This document shows positions 11,208 to 24,800 of a stretch of 64,000 nt of DNA, one piece after another (positions within the stretch are counted from its first letter, which is position 1; every line of letters begins with the position of its first letter). The stretch spans positions 612,619 to 676,618 of the forward strand of contig NMRA01000085.1 of the NCBI GenBank assembly GCA_002633005.1, read 5' to 3'. The stretch comes from Phoronis australis. Taxonomy: Eukaryota; Animalia; Phoronida. The notes below the pieces were generated by a model. It was not told the DNA's origin. It saw only the letters and a list, made by a program, of their open reading frames with translations, and did no database searches. Position numbers and translations under genes: made by a program.

Positions 11208-11818
11208 ACATACACACACANNNNNNNNNNNNNNNNNNNNNNNNNNNNNNNNNNNNNNNNNNNNNNNNNNNNNNNNNNNNNNNNNNNNNNNNNNNNNNNN
11301 NNNNNNNNNNNNNNNNNNNNNNNNNNNNNNNNNNNNNNNNNNNNNNNNNNNNNNNNNNNNNNNNNNNNNNNNNNNNNNNNNNNNNNNNNNNNNNNNNNNN
11401 NNNNNNNNNNNNNNNNNNNNNNNNNNNNNNNNNNNNNNNNNNNNNNNNNNNNNNNNNNNNNNNNNNNNNNNNNNNNNNNNNNNNNNNNNNNNNNNNNNNN
11501 NNNNNNNNNNNNNNNNNNNNNNNNNNNNNNNNNNNNNNNNNNNNNNNNNNNNNNNNNNNNNNNNNNNNNNNNNNNNNNNNNNNNNNNNNNNNNNNNNNNN
11601 NNNNNNNNNNNNNNNNNNNNNNNNNNNNNNNNNNNNNNNNNNNNNNNNNNNNNNNNNNNNNNNNNNNNNNNNNNNNNNNNNNNNNNNNNNNNNNNNNNNN
11701 NNNNNNNNNNNNNNNNNNNNNNNNNNNNNNNNNNNNNNNNNNNNNNNNNNNNNNNNNNNNNNNNNNNNNNNNNNNNNNNNNNNNNNNNNNNNNNNNNNNN
11801 NTACACACATACACAGTG

Positions 11819-11863
<45 letters not shown>

Positions 11864-11876
11864 NACACACACACAC
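11208..11876 (+). repeat. (CA)n microsatellite spanning an assembly gap (N 11221-11801)
   Basis: CA runs on both sides of the N block. Confidence 0.9.
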
Positions 11877-12275
11877 CATTCACCAGTCAAACTCAACAAA
11901 GCACCGCAACCAGGCAAAAGCAAAGGTGAGTTACCCGATCACCCTACAAACACCAGAACGATACGTAAGCCCCGAATTATGAGCCTAACAAGTGGGGTGA
12001 AAATAAACACATCAAGTAACCAGATATCCTGTTGAAAAACTATATTAATAATTGTAAAAAGGTTTTTCACATATCCTAAGGACCTAAGGCTAAGAGTACT
12101 GAACCATACAGCTGAACAGGTGCTCCCACTATGAAATCGAATTTCGAATGTTTTTGTGTAGCATTTTAGTCGAAACCAGACACATGATTTGATAGGCTGG
12201 TCTCTCGTCTGTGCTGCCACCTCTCTGTTTGGCTGGTAGACAGTACTGCCGTATCAAGTGGCCGCAATGCCAATG

Positions 12276-12689
12276 GAGACTGTGGTCATCTTATAGGTCC
12301 ATCATATGCCGGAAGCTTTTCGGCTAATTTTGCCTCACACTAATTGAACCATCAAAGTTTTGTTGCTGTAAGTACCGTTTTGCCCATTGAGGGACACCTT
12401 AGGAGTCCACTGATGTCTTTATGTCTTCCTGCTTCAAACAAATAGTCCCTCAATCTACCTTTTTTCGAACAGTTTTGCATTCAGTTATACCCAAATCGGC
12501 AACTGGCTATTTTTACACATACTGTCGCAAACCAGAGAAGAGTTAAAGACATCAACAGGCTCCTAAAGGTGTCCCTCTATGCACCAGAGGTACTTATAGC
12601 AACATGACTTTGACAGTTTAATCAGTGTCAGACATAATTCTCCGAAAAGCTTCCGGCATATAGCGAGGCAATGAGATGACCAACGTCTC
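12276..12689. mobile_element. Fold-back/MITE-like long imperfect inverted repeat
   Basis: Arms of about 170 bp, for example atatgccggaagcttttcgg (12304) vs ccgaaaagcttccggcatat (12641), and gagggacacctt vs aaggtgtccctc. Confidence 0.75.
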
Positions 12690-13484
12690 TATACTAGGGC
12701 TAGTTGAGATGATGGAACCGTCCATTTGGCTGGAAGACAGGTGGCCTTCCTGTTATGACCCTCTGCCATTTCAGTTTGACCTATGTAGCACATTGACTGT
12801 AATGACGTTCAGTCTTCACTCTCGTTGATGGAATGAATGGCTATTCAGAAAAAAATGCTGAACGTGTTTGAGTTGGAATGATTTAAACACTCATTTAACT
12901 ACCACTAGAGTGGTCCATTTACAATCAAAAGTTAGATATAATAATATAACTTTGTAGTTTAGGTGGGTTAAGCATAATTTGCAAAAAAAAATCTTCCGAC
13001 GTACAGGCTCATTTAGGATGCGCTGTCGTCTAATCATTGGAAAGTTCCGGCTTTTCTCAACCACCCACCATCCAACATGTTTGATCTAAATTTGATTTCA
13101 AATAGATTTAGTCTGGAAAAAAGACGGCACTCGTGTAAAAAAACTGCAAATTTGGCACTTCAGTTACTGGGGAAACACTTCTATTGTGAAAAGTACTAAA
13201 ACCGTTTGCCATAGGCTATATTTTAATGACAACAATACAATTTTACATTCTAAGATTGGTTCGACCTGATAATTTGGAAAAACACTATTTTGTGTGCTTG
13301 CGGTTTTGACTCATGGCCACATAAAAAAATTGATAAAATATCACAAAACCAAGGTTGTTCAGTTACTGCAATAGACAGGAAAACATGAATGAGAATTGAC
13401 ATTTTCGTTTGCAGTGCTTTTTGTTATTTTTAGTTTAAATTCGATGATGTTTACCAAATCCAACAAAAGACATTTCATGATTTG

Positions 13485-13567
13485 TGTTCAAAATGACAGA
13501 GTCTCCGGTTTGGGACCGGGTACCTGTTCAAAATGACAGAGTCTCCAGTTTGGGACCGGGTACCTGT
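13485..13567 (+). repeat. 40-bp tandem duplication
   Basis: tgttcaaaatgacagagtctcc(g/a)gtttgggaccgggtacc, two copies. Confidence 0.92.
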
Positions 13568-15823
13568 CTCAGTTTGTTTGCCATAAATTCAGAAGGTACA
13601 AATCCGAATGTACAAGTGCTGTGTAAGTGAGGTGTGCTTTTTACACTGGAGATAAAGACAGCGTATTTTTGTGTCTTCTAGTGTTTTATTTACAGAAGAG
13701 TCCCAAAAGTGTCTGAATAAGTGTGTATAGTATGTTCATTTCAGTGATCTTGAGCAATTTTAAATTGAGCAGCTTTGAGCTCGGTTTTCACTTAACAGTG
13801 GTTAAGCATTTCAGTCCTACCAAATTTAATTTCGTTTAACACAATATGACTGAACAATGAGTGCAGGCTAGAATTATCTGTCCTGTGCTACTTATTAGGT
13901 CAAGTATTTTGATAAAAATAAAACTAATGATTTGTTGATCAATTGTATTAAATCATATAATCCTAATATCATCCTTATCTTCAAATTCGCAAATCATCGC
14001 CATAATGGCATGACACTATTGTAGGTAGCCAACGGCACATCCCAATCAAGTCTCTGCGCCAAAACATTTTGTACAAATTGTGCTTAATTCTGGCTTACTA
14101 TATGTATCTTTTGAGTGTGGCTGGACACATTTAGAGGCAGTTGGAGTCTCCAATTCTAAGAAATATGCTTGCAATCAACATATTCTAATAATCCTTCGTT
14201 CCGCCATTACCGTCAATGTGCCGAGATCAGATGACGACACTGGGTCATGGGGGGCGCCACCCATCTGTTAGCCACACTAAAAGGACTGGCAGTAAAGACG
14301 AGGACCTGTCTACTGTTGTAGTGTGAATCTTTCAGTATACATCCCTGCTGACAATACACGAAACATGCTGATTCATATCATCAGTAGTCAATGACCTTTT
14401 GAGTTCCACGCCCTCTGTAGTCACCATGATGGCTCAGGTGGTACAGGGTTGTTCAAACTACACCCCATATTTTGACCCTCAGCAAAATCTTAAACATGAC
14501 CTGAATCACATAGCCCTTATACTGTCTCTACAATCCTGTCTTCCATTTCAAAAAATCTTTTATTTTAGACCATTTATTGTTATGAAATTGGTCTAAAAGT
14601 TTTGCTTAGTCAAAGGGACGAGATAATTTCATGGCTTCAATACAATTGACAGGCTCTACAAGTTGGCTTGCTGCAGCATCTCATTGTACGTGCCCAGCAG
14701 GGTCTTAAAGGATAACGAACTATCAGTTCATTGTAAACAAGTTGAATCCAGTAGTAAGTAGTCTAAATCAAAAGTTCGCTTTGGATGGACTGCCGGTTTA
14801 TAGCCACTTTGAACTAGTTTAATTATATTTGTCTCAAACTATGACAAATCAGGGTTTGATTAAGCGACCTCAAATTTTGTTAGGTGTCCTGGTAAAAAAT
14901 CCCAGGTCACCACGAAGTCGCAACATGACAAATCCAAGCATGCACTCAAATATTACAGGAAGTAAACAAATGGAAGTTGTAATCATACTGCAAAGATCGG
15001 AGGTGAGCCTGTTCAATGGGGTTGGTGACCTCAGTTCCCGTTTGTCGACCTGGGAATTTTTCCAGGATGCATTTGGCAAGTTGACCCTATGCCATTATAA
15101 GCGGCAAGTCCTGAACGTACAAAAATGGTTGTGAATTCAACTGCAGATGTTACTCCACATGTGTCAAAATTACACGACATCATTTTGAGTGCACCACTAT
15201 TGACGTGAAATAAGTCTTTCTTTTTCAATATCAGTTTGGGTTAAGGTTACTCGGGGGCCCTAAGCTGATTGGGATGCCCAGCTGTTGCATAATATATTGC
15301 ATTCAAGTTATCTCTATCCAATATTCCATGTGGCCACAATATCCACCCCTTCCCCCTTCGTCACCACGATTCTCAAACTTCTGCACCCCCTGAACGCCCC
15401 CAGACACCAACAAAACTTGATAAGGTACCCTGTTTGGAGGATCTGGGCTCCTCTTCTGGGCGAAGCTCTAGGTTGTTGTTTGTAAATATATCTTTAGGCC
15501 ATGTATTTAGCCAAATATCTTCAAAACCGAAGATATTTTCTCAGTAAAAGTGTATATTTTATAAAAGAGAAATCCAGTGGAATTTGATTTTTGATTTTTG
15601 TGACTGTCCAGAAGAATAAAGCAGATTTGATAAAATGCTGTGTTGATTTTAAAATCCGTTTCATTAATCCACCACTATGTGACGCTGTCAAAATGTATGA
15701 TCATTTTTGGCAGAAAATGTTATTTATATGTTTATTGCGGAGATCTCACGCAGACATTTATTTTTAATAGAAATCAAGTTTCTCCTTTAAGTAACACGGT
15801 GATTTTTATTCACAGGCACCAGA

Positions 15824-15853
15824 ATGTCAGTAGCACCCGCTAATGAGGAGGAG
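15824..15853 (+). CDS. PIP5KL1: PIP5KL1 first coding exon (MSVAPANEEE)
   Basis: Acceptor cacag| with exon start 15816, ATG at 15824, GAG|gtaagt phase-0 donor matching the next exon. Confidence 0.7.
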
Positions 15854-18800
15854 GTAAGTCGACTATAATTTATAGTAACTGTTGAACATTTAATATAAAG
15901 TTATATTAAGCACTGCTTTGTGATATCACTATAATTACTTTTGCACATCCCGTTTCACATTAACGGTCAACTGTTTTGATTTAATTCTGCGACTCATCAC
16001 AAACAACACGCGAAGGCATGCTGATACTTCTTGTCTGTATGCCACCATAATGTAGCACACAGGTGTTATTGTTCGCTTGGTATCGCCTTTTCATTCGTTA
16101 CTTTATCTTGCCTTGAACTTGTTCATTTTTGATCCGCCGTAATAGTGCTCAATAGTGTAACAGCTTTTAAATTAGTTACACATCATAATGCTGCTGCTTT
16201 ATCAATGCTGGCGTTTTTTCTCTTTTCCAAGGTACGAACCACCCATTCAGGCTGTTGTTGGTCAGATCCATGCTATGTTATGTAATTCATCTTCAAATCA
16301 TTTGCCTGATTGGAACTCGGTGCTGGGGGGAAAAGTCAGTCATTTCCTGTTTAGCTGTGTTACTCTCAGACGTTCCACCTAACACAATTAGCTTTTAAGA
16401 TTGGTCACAACCGCCGCCAAATCAAAACCTGCTTAATGGAACATGTCGCTTATTATCACAAATTTTGTCGAAACTGATATTGAGCGGGCTCTAGTGTAGT
16501 CACAGAATTTGAGAACCAGACTTACTGACATTAAACTGGTTCTCAAAATCCGATACCCCGTGCTCCGGTAAGTGACTAACGCCGAAACATTTTTATCCAA
16601 ATTTGTTGTAGGAGGAGTTCGTAAAGGTGGAAAAGCCACGTAGAGAGTCAATGTGGACACGTCTCAAGAGAAAATGGAAATATTACGGCGTGGTGGAGAT
16701 AGGTTCTTGTCACAGACGATATGAACTGCTGAACTGTATCCGGAAAGGTCTGCAACAGATTTTGAGCACCAGTGCACCCCTGGCACATGTAAGTATCGGG
16801 GTTATGGGGGACTTTATCAAAATGTGGGTGTATTTAGGCATAAAATGTGTAGAGTTTGATTTTAGTGTTATGCCAGTCTGTCATTTGGGTCACGTGACCT
16901 GGAGCCCGTTCCAACAAAACTGACTTGGCTAAGACAAATGTTAAGATTTTAGTAAATTTTAAAATGAGAACTAAATTTGTCTCAAAACCAATTCAAGAAA
17001 GAGTTCTTAAGTTTGACTTAAGTGTTTGACATAAATTTTGTCTTAATTTTGACTAGCTTACTGAAAGTGTAAGTTTCAAAGTTTAGAAGTTAAGACAACT
17101 TAAGTCAAAATGAACTTAAGTCAGTTTCTTGGAACAGGCCCCATGTCTTTTTTGTGAAAAGCAGTTCACAAAAGAAAGGTGTATTCAAAGCAAAACAACG
17201 ATATCAGTAACATGTGGATAAATGTCATTTGACATAAATGTTCAACATGAAATTTCAAAAATCCTGCTTTCTGAAATATTGTTTCATTTTATACAAATTT
17301 TGACGTTTTTTTCATAGAAATCATATTTTTGATTGCCGTCATGCAAAAATGGGAACTTAAAACCAATTGCTTGTTTTGGAAAACAGTACTTAAAGCATAG
17401 CGTTCGGAAGTTTCTTACAAATCCAGTCTGCCATTTCTGAGATACCATGTTCCAAATTTAGCTAAAATTTTGGACATTTTTTCAACTGTGTCCATTATTT
17501 CAATTTTTGTTATAATTGTGCATAAGTAATTTTGTTCCTCTGACATTGTTAGTCGATTTTGTACCGCACCTTTAATCATTCTGTTCTCATAATGATAATG
17601 ATTATCATGGTTAATAGATAGCAAAATTTTCTGGGCCATTTGATAATTTCTTCATGATTTTTCAAATTAGTTGTAACATACCATTATGACTTCTACAGGT
17701 ATGATTCATTCAAGTTATGTTTTAATTAACAAAGTGCTTCCGAATTTTTAATTGAATGCTGGGCCTGCAGTTTATAATTCAGGAACACCGTGTTGTGTGA
17801 ATAACCCTCTGGAAAAAAATCTGAGATTGTAATTATATTTTTTCTTTGTAGAATTTAGAATCGCTGCATTCTCAGTGTCAGAATTTGAAACATCACAGTT
17901 TTTTCATAGTCACATTTTACTACAGTTGATCATTGCGTGTGTGATTCCACACATATTTCTCTGACTGCCTAGATTTTGACAAATATGTGGTTTCGTGATT
18001 TTTCATTAAATTATTTGAAAATGTGATAGACTAAATTGTGTTGTCAGTAATCCATCTTTTTTCAGGATTCCTTGTTTGATGTTGACACTGCAGCTGAAGA
18101 TGAAGTCGTTCTAGAGTCCTCCTCTGGAAAGGTGAGAAGTTTGGTACAGTCCCGGGGGGTACTCCACTTTATTTTCGGGAGGGTGTGTCGCTGAAAAATT
18201 CTGTTACGCACAACTTTAAATAGTGGCAATATAAAGCCTCAATCTTTTAAAGGGTAAACATGATTAAAAGTGTGTTGGCAGCTTCAAGGTCATCCTTTTT
18301 CCCTGTGATATTGTACCTTTGTAGGGGTTTTAAATCATGCAAAATGCCCAACATAAAAACACTTTAGTCTTTTACAGAAGATTTTCCATGATTACACAAT
18401 CCATTTGTGGAAGTTTTAATCCTTACAAACTGCTTAGTTATACGAACCCAGTTTGAATCATAAACGGCAATAAGATAATGTCATAAAACCATTTTACAGA
18501 GTCATAATTGTAAAAATAAATCTATTTTAGCATTCCAACGCAAAAGTGCATCATTGTGTTGTGAATTTAATCAAGAAAGTCATCCTTTCAATGAAAATCT
18601 GTATGCAAAAAGTGACACATCTTTGTGGCTCTTCATCTAAGGGCCACATGTACACCAGGTGGTGCTGCGGTTTCGATGTCTTTGGCATTGACCTCTTTCA
18701 ACGAAATTTGTGATAAAAAAGCAGACAATCGAAAACTACTTCTTGTCCGAAACCAAGTGATTTGATGGCTGCTAGAGTCAACTTGATTTTATTGACTCTG

Positions 18801-21800
18801 TGTTTTAATTCCATTGGTGAGTCATAATTAGTAGATAAGGTGCGTAGTTTAAAGTTGCAGGACCTGAGTTTGGTGAATTAATTGGATAAAATTCAAAGTA
18901 AACCAAGTTTTTTGCATGTTATTCGTTGAAATGAAGCATTACCTGGTTTTTGATCTAAGTACAAAAACTCAGAACCACACGTCCTTTTATTCTTTATCAA
19001 TAATCATGTATCTGATTTTTCTAGGGTTGCTGTGATTTTGTGATTACTTGTTAGAGATTACAAGCCTTGGACACATGGCTTTGAGGATTTTTTCCATTCC
19101 AATCAAAGATCATGCATCATTTTCTTGTATTACATGTAAATGCAGAAATGCAAAAAAAACGGTTTAAGGTTTTGTAATACCCTAAATGTCCAACTTTGGC
19201 CAGCTTTGGAGCATAGTATCCCGGAAATGGCAAATTGGGTTCACATGAAGCTTTCAGATACTAATTCTTTGTACGCTGTTCTCCAAAATGCTATTAGGAA
19301 CTGTTTTTAAAATGTTTCACTTTTGCATGATGGGCTATAGACTATGATTTTTATGGAAATTTTCTTCAAGTTGCATCAAATGAAAACGAACTGTGTTTTT
19401 CAGAGTTTATCTTGAATATTTATAGCATACAGAATTTGATCATGTTATTGGTTCTGTTGTTTTGCTATGATTATGACCTTTCTTTCTTGTTAAACTTTTC
19501 TTAAAAAGCTAGGTCACGTGACCGAAATAGTAGCAGTTTGGTATAAAGTCAAAAATCAAATTCTACAGAATTAATACTTCCAGAAAATATTTACTTTTGC
19601 TGACTGAGTTAAATGCAGAAGTTTATAGATGTTGGGCTAAATGTACAGACTTGTAAGGTCCTTCTTAATTTCAATTTGAATTTTAGCCATCTTATTTGCA
19701 AAACTCAGGCTCAGCAACTTTTCAGATTGTTCCATTTTCCATTTTTATGTTTCTTTGATAGGCTGCACTTGATATACCAACCAGTGTACGCTGGTTTACC
19801 TGGGTGGACGTGTAAGGCATCTGAGTGGTTTGTTTGCTGGAAGTCATCATCAGGAACAAATCAAATGTTATTGCGGGATGACATGGCATAATAATAATAA
19901 AAAATCATAATTGCTGGCAGTCTGGTATATGTGTTTACCATTGTGCGCAGGACGCTCGTGCGGTCTCATTGCACTCATCACTTGGAACCGTAAAACCGAA
20001 CTGAGAAGCTGAAGACATGACTCAACCGTCTAGCAGTGTGACCCTAAATGACCCTTGAACCTATGACCTTCAATAAAGGAAGCGGCCACCTATCCTACAT
20101 GTACAAGACTAGTCCACACTGGCTCGTCTTTGACTTGGTATATGCCAAGATATTGAAGGCCATAGAAAGTGGTGTTAAGCATAATTCTAGACTTTCATCA
20201 TTTCAGAAATTCACATTCACTAGTCATGCAAGCTCCATTTTTGCCTCACTGCGTCATGCTGTTGGGATCTCAGAGAAGGAATACCAGGATACCCTGGCAC
20301 CAAATGGTCTTCCATATATGCAATATTTGAGTAATTCCAAGAGCAGTGCTGACTTCTTCCTATCGTAAGTTTCATCTCATTCAAGTTATAAATGGAGCAA
20401 GACCCCGAGGCTGCGTTTTTGGATCGTTTGAACAAACTGATCTAAAAAAGTCTTATATTGACTTTATGGTGCGTCATCTTGGGACGTCGTTTTTAATGAG
20501 TTAAAGAACTAAAACTGTAGGACAGAATCATTAGCATTAGTTATCTGTTATCATCATAAAATTCCATCAGATTCACCTCATTTTTCCATAGTGCACGTTG
20601 CTATATAATACTAGCTTGGTGTTTAAAGCATAATGTTTATTTAAGAGTTTCACTAGCACCTGGCTGTTACAGTTGTTGATGTTTGGGTTATACTTGCGTG
20701 TTTTACTGTGTTTTTACATGGTGTCTATAATCCATTCTTTGTACTGTTGCATAAAGTCCGTTATAAACCTGCTGTCCGCCCAAGGCCCGAGCTTTTAATT
20801 TCGGTCACTTACCCCAGTGATCTGAACTAATTCTTGTTAGTTGCTGAGACGGGAAGGTATTCTGGGTTTGCAAAGAGCTGTCAGCTCGTTATTTATTGAG
20901 ACTGTGCTCGGCGCGTAAAATGTTAATTAGTCGGTTTTTGGAGCTTCATTGTAACTGAGCAATGCCGAACTGTTAGTGCTTTCAAAGCCTTAAAATCACC
21001 TCCAGTTTGACTAAGGATGAATAAACATGTCAAGTATCATTTATACATGCCATTATAAAAACTTGCCCGTTTTGTTTTTCTCAAGTTTTTCATTTCTAGG
21101 CACATGCGCCTAATTTTGAATACAGTCACAACTTCACATATCACTTGTCTAGGTTTAACATCCACACATCCACATTCAGCAGCATGCCTACCTCCAAATT
21201 ATCAAAACTCTTAATATTAAGCGTTCATGCTTAGCTCCCACCTCCATGAGGTTCGTTCACTGGGAATTCCAGCCGTCTATAACCCACAGAATGTACTCAC
21301 CTGTAATTTATAATTGTACATTATAGGCTGTTTAGCTATAGCATGTGAGGTTGCTGACATCAGAATGTCTAGGTATTAACTAAAACTGGTCATTGGGCTA
21401 ACATCTCACCCAGCTCTGACTTCTTAATAAGAATTTCTTCGACGCCCTACTTAGGCCCTCTGATTTTTAGTTTCTCAACCTAAATGCCCTAGGAATTAAC
21501 CCAGACATCATTAAACAGTAATTTAATTCCTGTATTTATTAAGAGTAAAAAGTGAAAGTGTACCTTAGAGATATAAGATTGTACTTGGGGAAGCACTCCC
21601 AGAACTCCAGTGTGTGCAATTTGAAATTCTAATGCATTCGTGGTCTTATGGTTACATAGGACCTTATACACAAGCCTGATATCTTCAAAATCATAGATTT
21701 TATCTGTCAGTAAAAGTAGAGAGCCTGCAGATTTTGATTTTTGACGTAATATTAATTAGGTCACATATTAATTAGGTCACATATTAATTAGGTCACATAA

Positions 21801-24800
21801 CCATGCCTTAAAGTAAAATTTAGCAAAAAAGAAAGACACGTTCTTAGCACAACAATAGTATCAATAACTCAACCGAATTTTATTAAAAATGATATCTCAA
21901 AAACGATGCTACTATTTTCTAACTTATCATTTCATTTACGTTTGATGAAACTATTTTTCATTAAAATAAAGTCTTCATGCACAAAGTGGAACTTTTAAAA
22001 ACTGTTCCTAACAATGTTTTGGAAAACATTGTGTTAGGCAAAAGCATAGTGTCTGGAAGTGTCCTATGAATCTGACCTGCCATTCTTAAGACATGATGGT
22101 CTGCAATGCTTCAAAACAGTGCGTTGTATAGCTAAGGCTTAGAACTTTAAGATAATAAATACCGGTAATAATAATTTTTAAGCATTTAGGTGTTAGTCAC
22201 TTACAAGGGTCCCGGAATTAGACAACCAGCTTGATGTCTGCTGTTTAGAGGAGATGATTGGTTCAAAAAAATCGTTATTATGTCTGCATTGGTGTCATTA
22301 TTTTTACAACTAACAAAATTTCTCTGAAATGTCATATTGTGTCCTAATTTGGTGCAATTTTTCACTAGATGCATCTGCGTGAGTGCAAGTTACGCAACAC
22401 CACATTTTTCTCGATTATTTTCATCTCTTAGTAATAAGTACATGTACCCTCTGTGTTTCAGAAATGACAAGTCTTATTTCCTGAAGACGGAAACATTGCA
22501 TTACGTGAACGTGTTCAAGAGTTTTCTTAGGTAATCCCCACTTTATCCTACTAGTCGAACAAGTGCGTTAAACTCTCTGCAGTTTTCCACACTATGACAC
22601 ACGACAGCACAGTTGACAATTGGAAATTTATTCAATGACAGTCAAATTACGTGACAGCAATGAGCATTTAGAATCTTTTTTTGTTGTTATTGCTTGTTAT
22701 ACAGTTATCGTCACATGAAACTGAGCTTAATTTCTGATCATTTTGGGAAAGTACAAATTTTACAATTATTTTTGCGCGATATTGAAGAGATTGTAATTGT
22801 ATTATTAATTCTTTAAGATTATTATAAGTGCAACTGTTTCAATGTTTTAGAAAAAAATCGGAATTCCAGCTACGCCACATCTTTTTGTCTACTTATGTTG
22901 ACTTCCACACGTTTCTTCAAATGACATATTTTTTGTAAATCATCTGCTCCAAGTGACTGTGTAAGAGAAAATGACTGTTTTAGGTCACATTTATTGAGCA
23001 GTTAACTAAATTACTCATTGGTCTGCAGTTTACACTTTGACGCAGTAGTCAAGATACAAAACAAATTTGCAATTATAAGCATTAATTATATGATTTACGA
23101 TGCCAAAAGATTTTTAGAAAAATATGAATTTTGGAAAGTTGTGATTTTTGATTTCTCATAAGTTCATTTTACCTACTGCAATTATGAAACAAAATCTTTG
23201 TGTCACATTATTGGACAGTACCTTTTTAACTTTCAGGGACTATCTGCGTCACTTCATTGCTAATCCTCACTCGCTCATAGTCAAAATTATTGGTCTGTAC
23301 TCTGTCAAGATGGCTGGGGAGAAGACGGTAAGCTCAGTCTTATTGTTTTAAATTTCGTCTGCTGATTGCTGACTTCTTTTTCACTAAAAAACCTGTTATG
23401 AGTAGTTCATTAGGCTGTCAATAGGTGACACTGTATTCCCATGTGTGGCCATGAGCTAAGTTTACGATGCGATTTAAAGGGACTTTCTTTTGCGCGGTGA
23501 AAAGAGATTTTCTGAAACGAGGCTCAGCACGGTCCTGGAACCCTCACGTCCTGTTGATAGAGCTAATTTCCAGTCTATCAATGGCAGAGTATTTAAAGGG
23601 CATTGAACTCAAAGAAGTCTCTGGCCTTGACTTGGATCAAATGTATGGCAAACAACGGCAAGAATTAACGATTTGTAATAAAATATCAAACTCAAGAGAT
23701 TTAGTTTAATTTTTTTATCTCTAGTCAAAATTAAAAACTTCGAGATGTCTACCTCTTCCAACAATAATCTCAAAAATGTATTTGTTGGACGCAAAACTGA
23801 TAATGTCCTTTATGGACTACAAGCTGATCAACAAATCAGTCTCGGCACGAGATGATGGCCAGTAGAGCCCTATGGATCATAAAGGTTAGCCTAGAATGAT
23901 TATGTTGTCAGGGTTTGTGTTGCCAGGAGATCTTTTATAATGCATTGCATACATCCTACAAATCTGTACTCATGAAAGGTCAATTGTATTTTAGAGAGCC
24001 TTATTTGTCACTACTGTAGCAGGTAATATCAAAAGTAATTATTTCTTAATTAAAAATGGAACTGTTGATCAAGTTTCATGGGGCAGACACGAGATGACAG
24101 GTAGACGATGCAAGCTCCTGCAATTTGAAAGCGAGTATTTTGCGAGTAAGCTCTATGCTGTATTTAGCATCAGTTAGCAAAATGGCCGCCACTGGAGTGA
24201 TTGGTTGGCGAGGCTGGAATGTTGAATTAGGGGAGAAAATTCACAGTTTCCGTTCCTTTGTCAAACTTTTGCTGCCATTGCGGTAATGGAACATAGTCCA
24301 GTGTTGCGCGGCGAGGAAGGCAAAAGTATTAACGTTCATTGCGTCTGCAGACAAGTATATTTAGGTTACAAATTTTCTATCAAACGCATTCTGTTGAAAT
24401 ATCCCATGCTCCCATGAGCCTTTATCGACTTCCTCAACATTTTCTCTTGCTGACAATATTGTGTTTTCGTGTTGAGCAGTTGGTATCGGTGTATGTTGTA
24501 ATAGAATGATGACAAAACTTTCATGTTTTGATCTGAACAACGCAATGTGATACAGTGTAGAGCAACGCAATGTGATACAGTGTAGAGCAACGCAATGTGA
24601 TACAGTGTAGAGCAACGCAATGTGATACAGTGTAGAGCAACACAATGTGATACAGTGTAGAGCATTGGTTTGTGCTTATGTAGGACCTTATTAGGTCCTC
24701 CGTAATGCCAAGTATGACGCTTAGTAACAGTATTACATTTTCTGAAAGTAGCAAACCCACAGAATTTAATGTTTGATTTTATACCAATCAGCCATTAATT

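Noticed and set aside
11093-12035. Long ORFs (also 54976-55778)
   Set aside because: Artefacts of translating through N gaps.
24538-24664. 25-bp direct repeats resembling a CRISPR array
   Set aside because: No spacers; a head-to-tail minisatellite in a eukaryotic intron with no cas genes.
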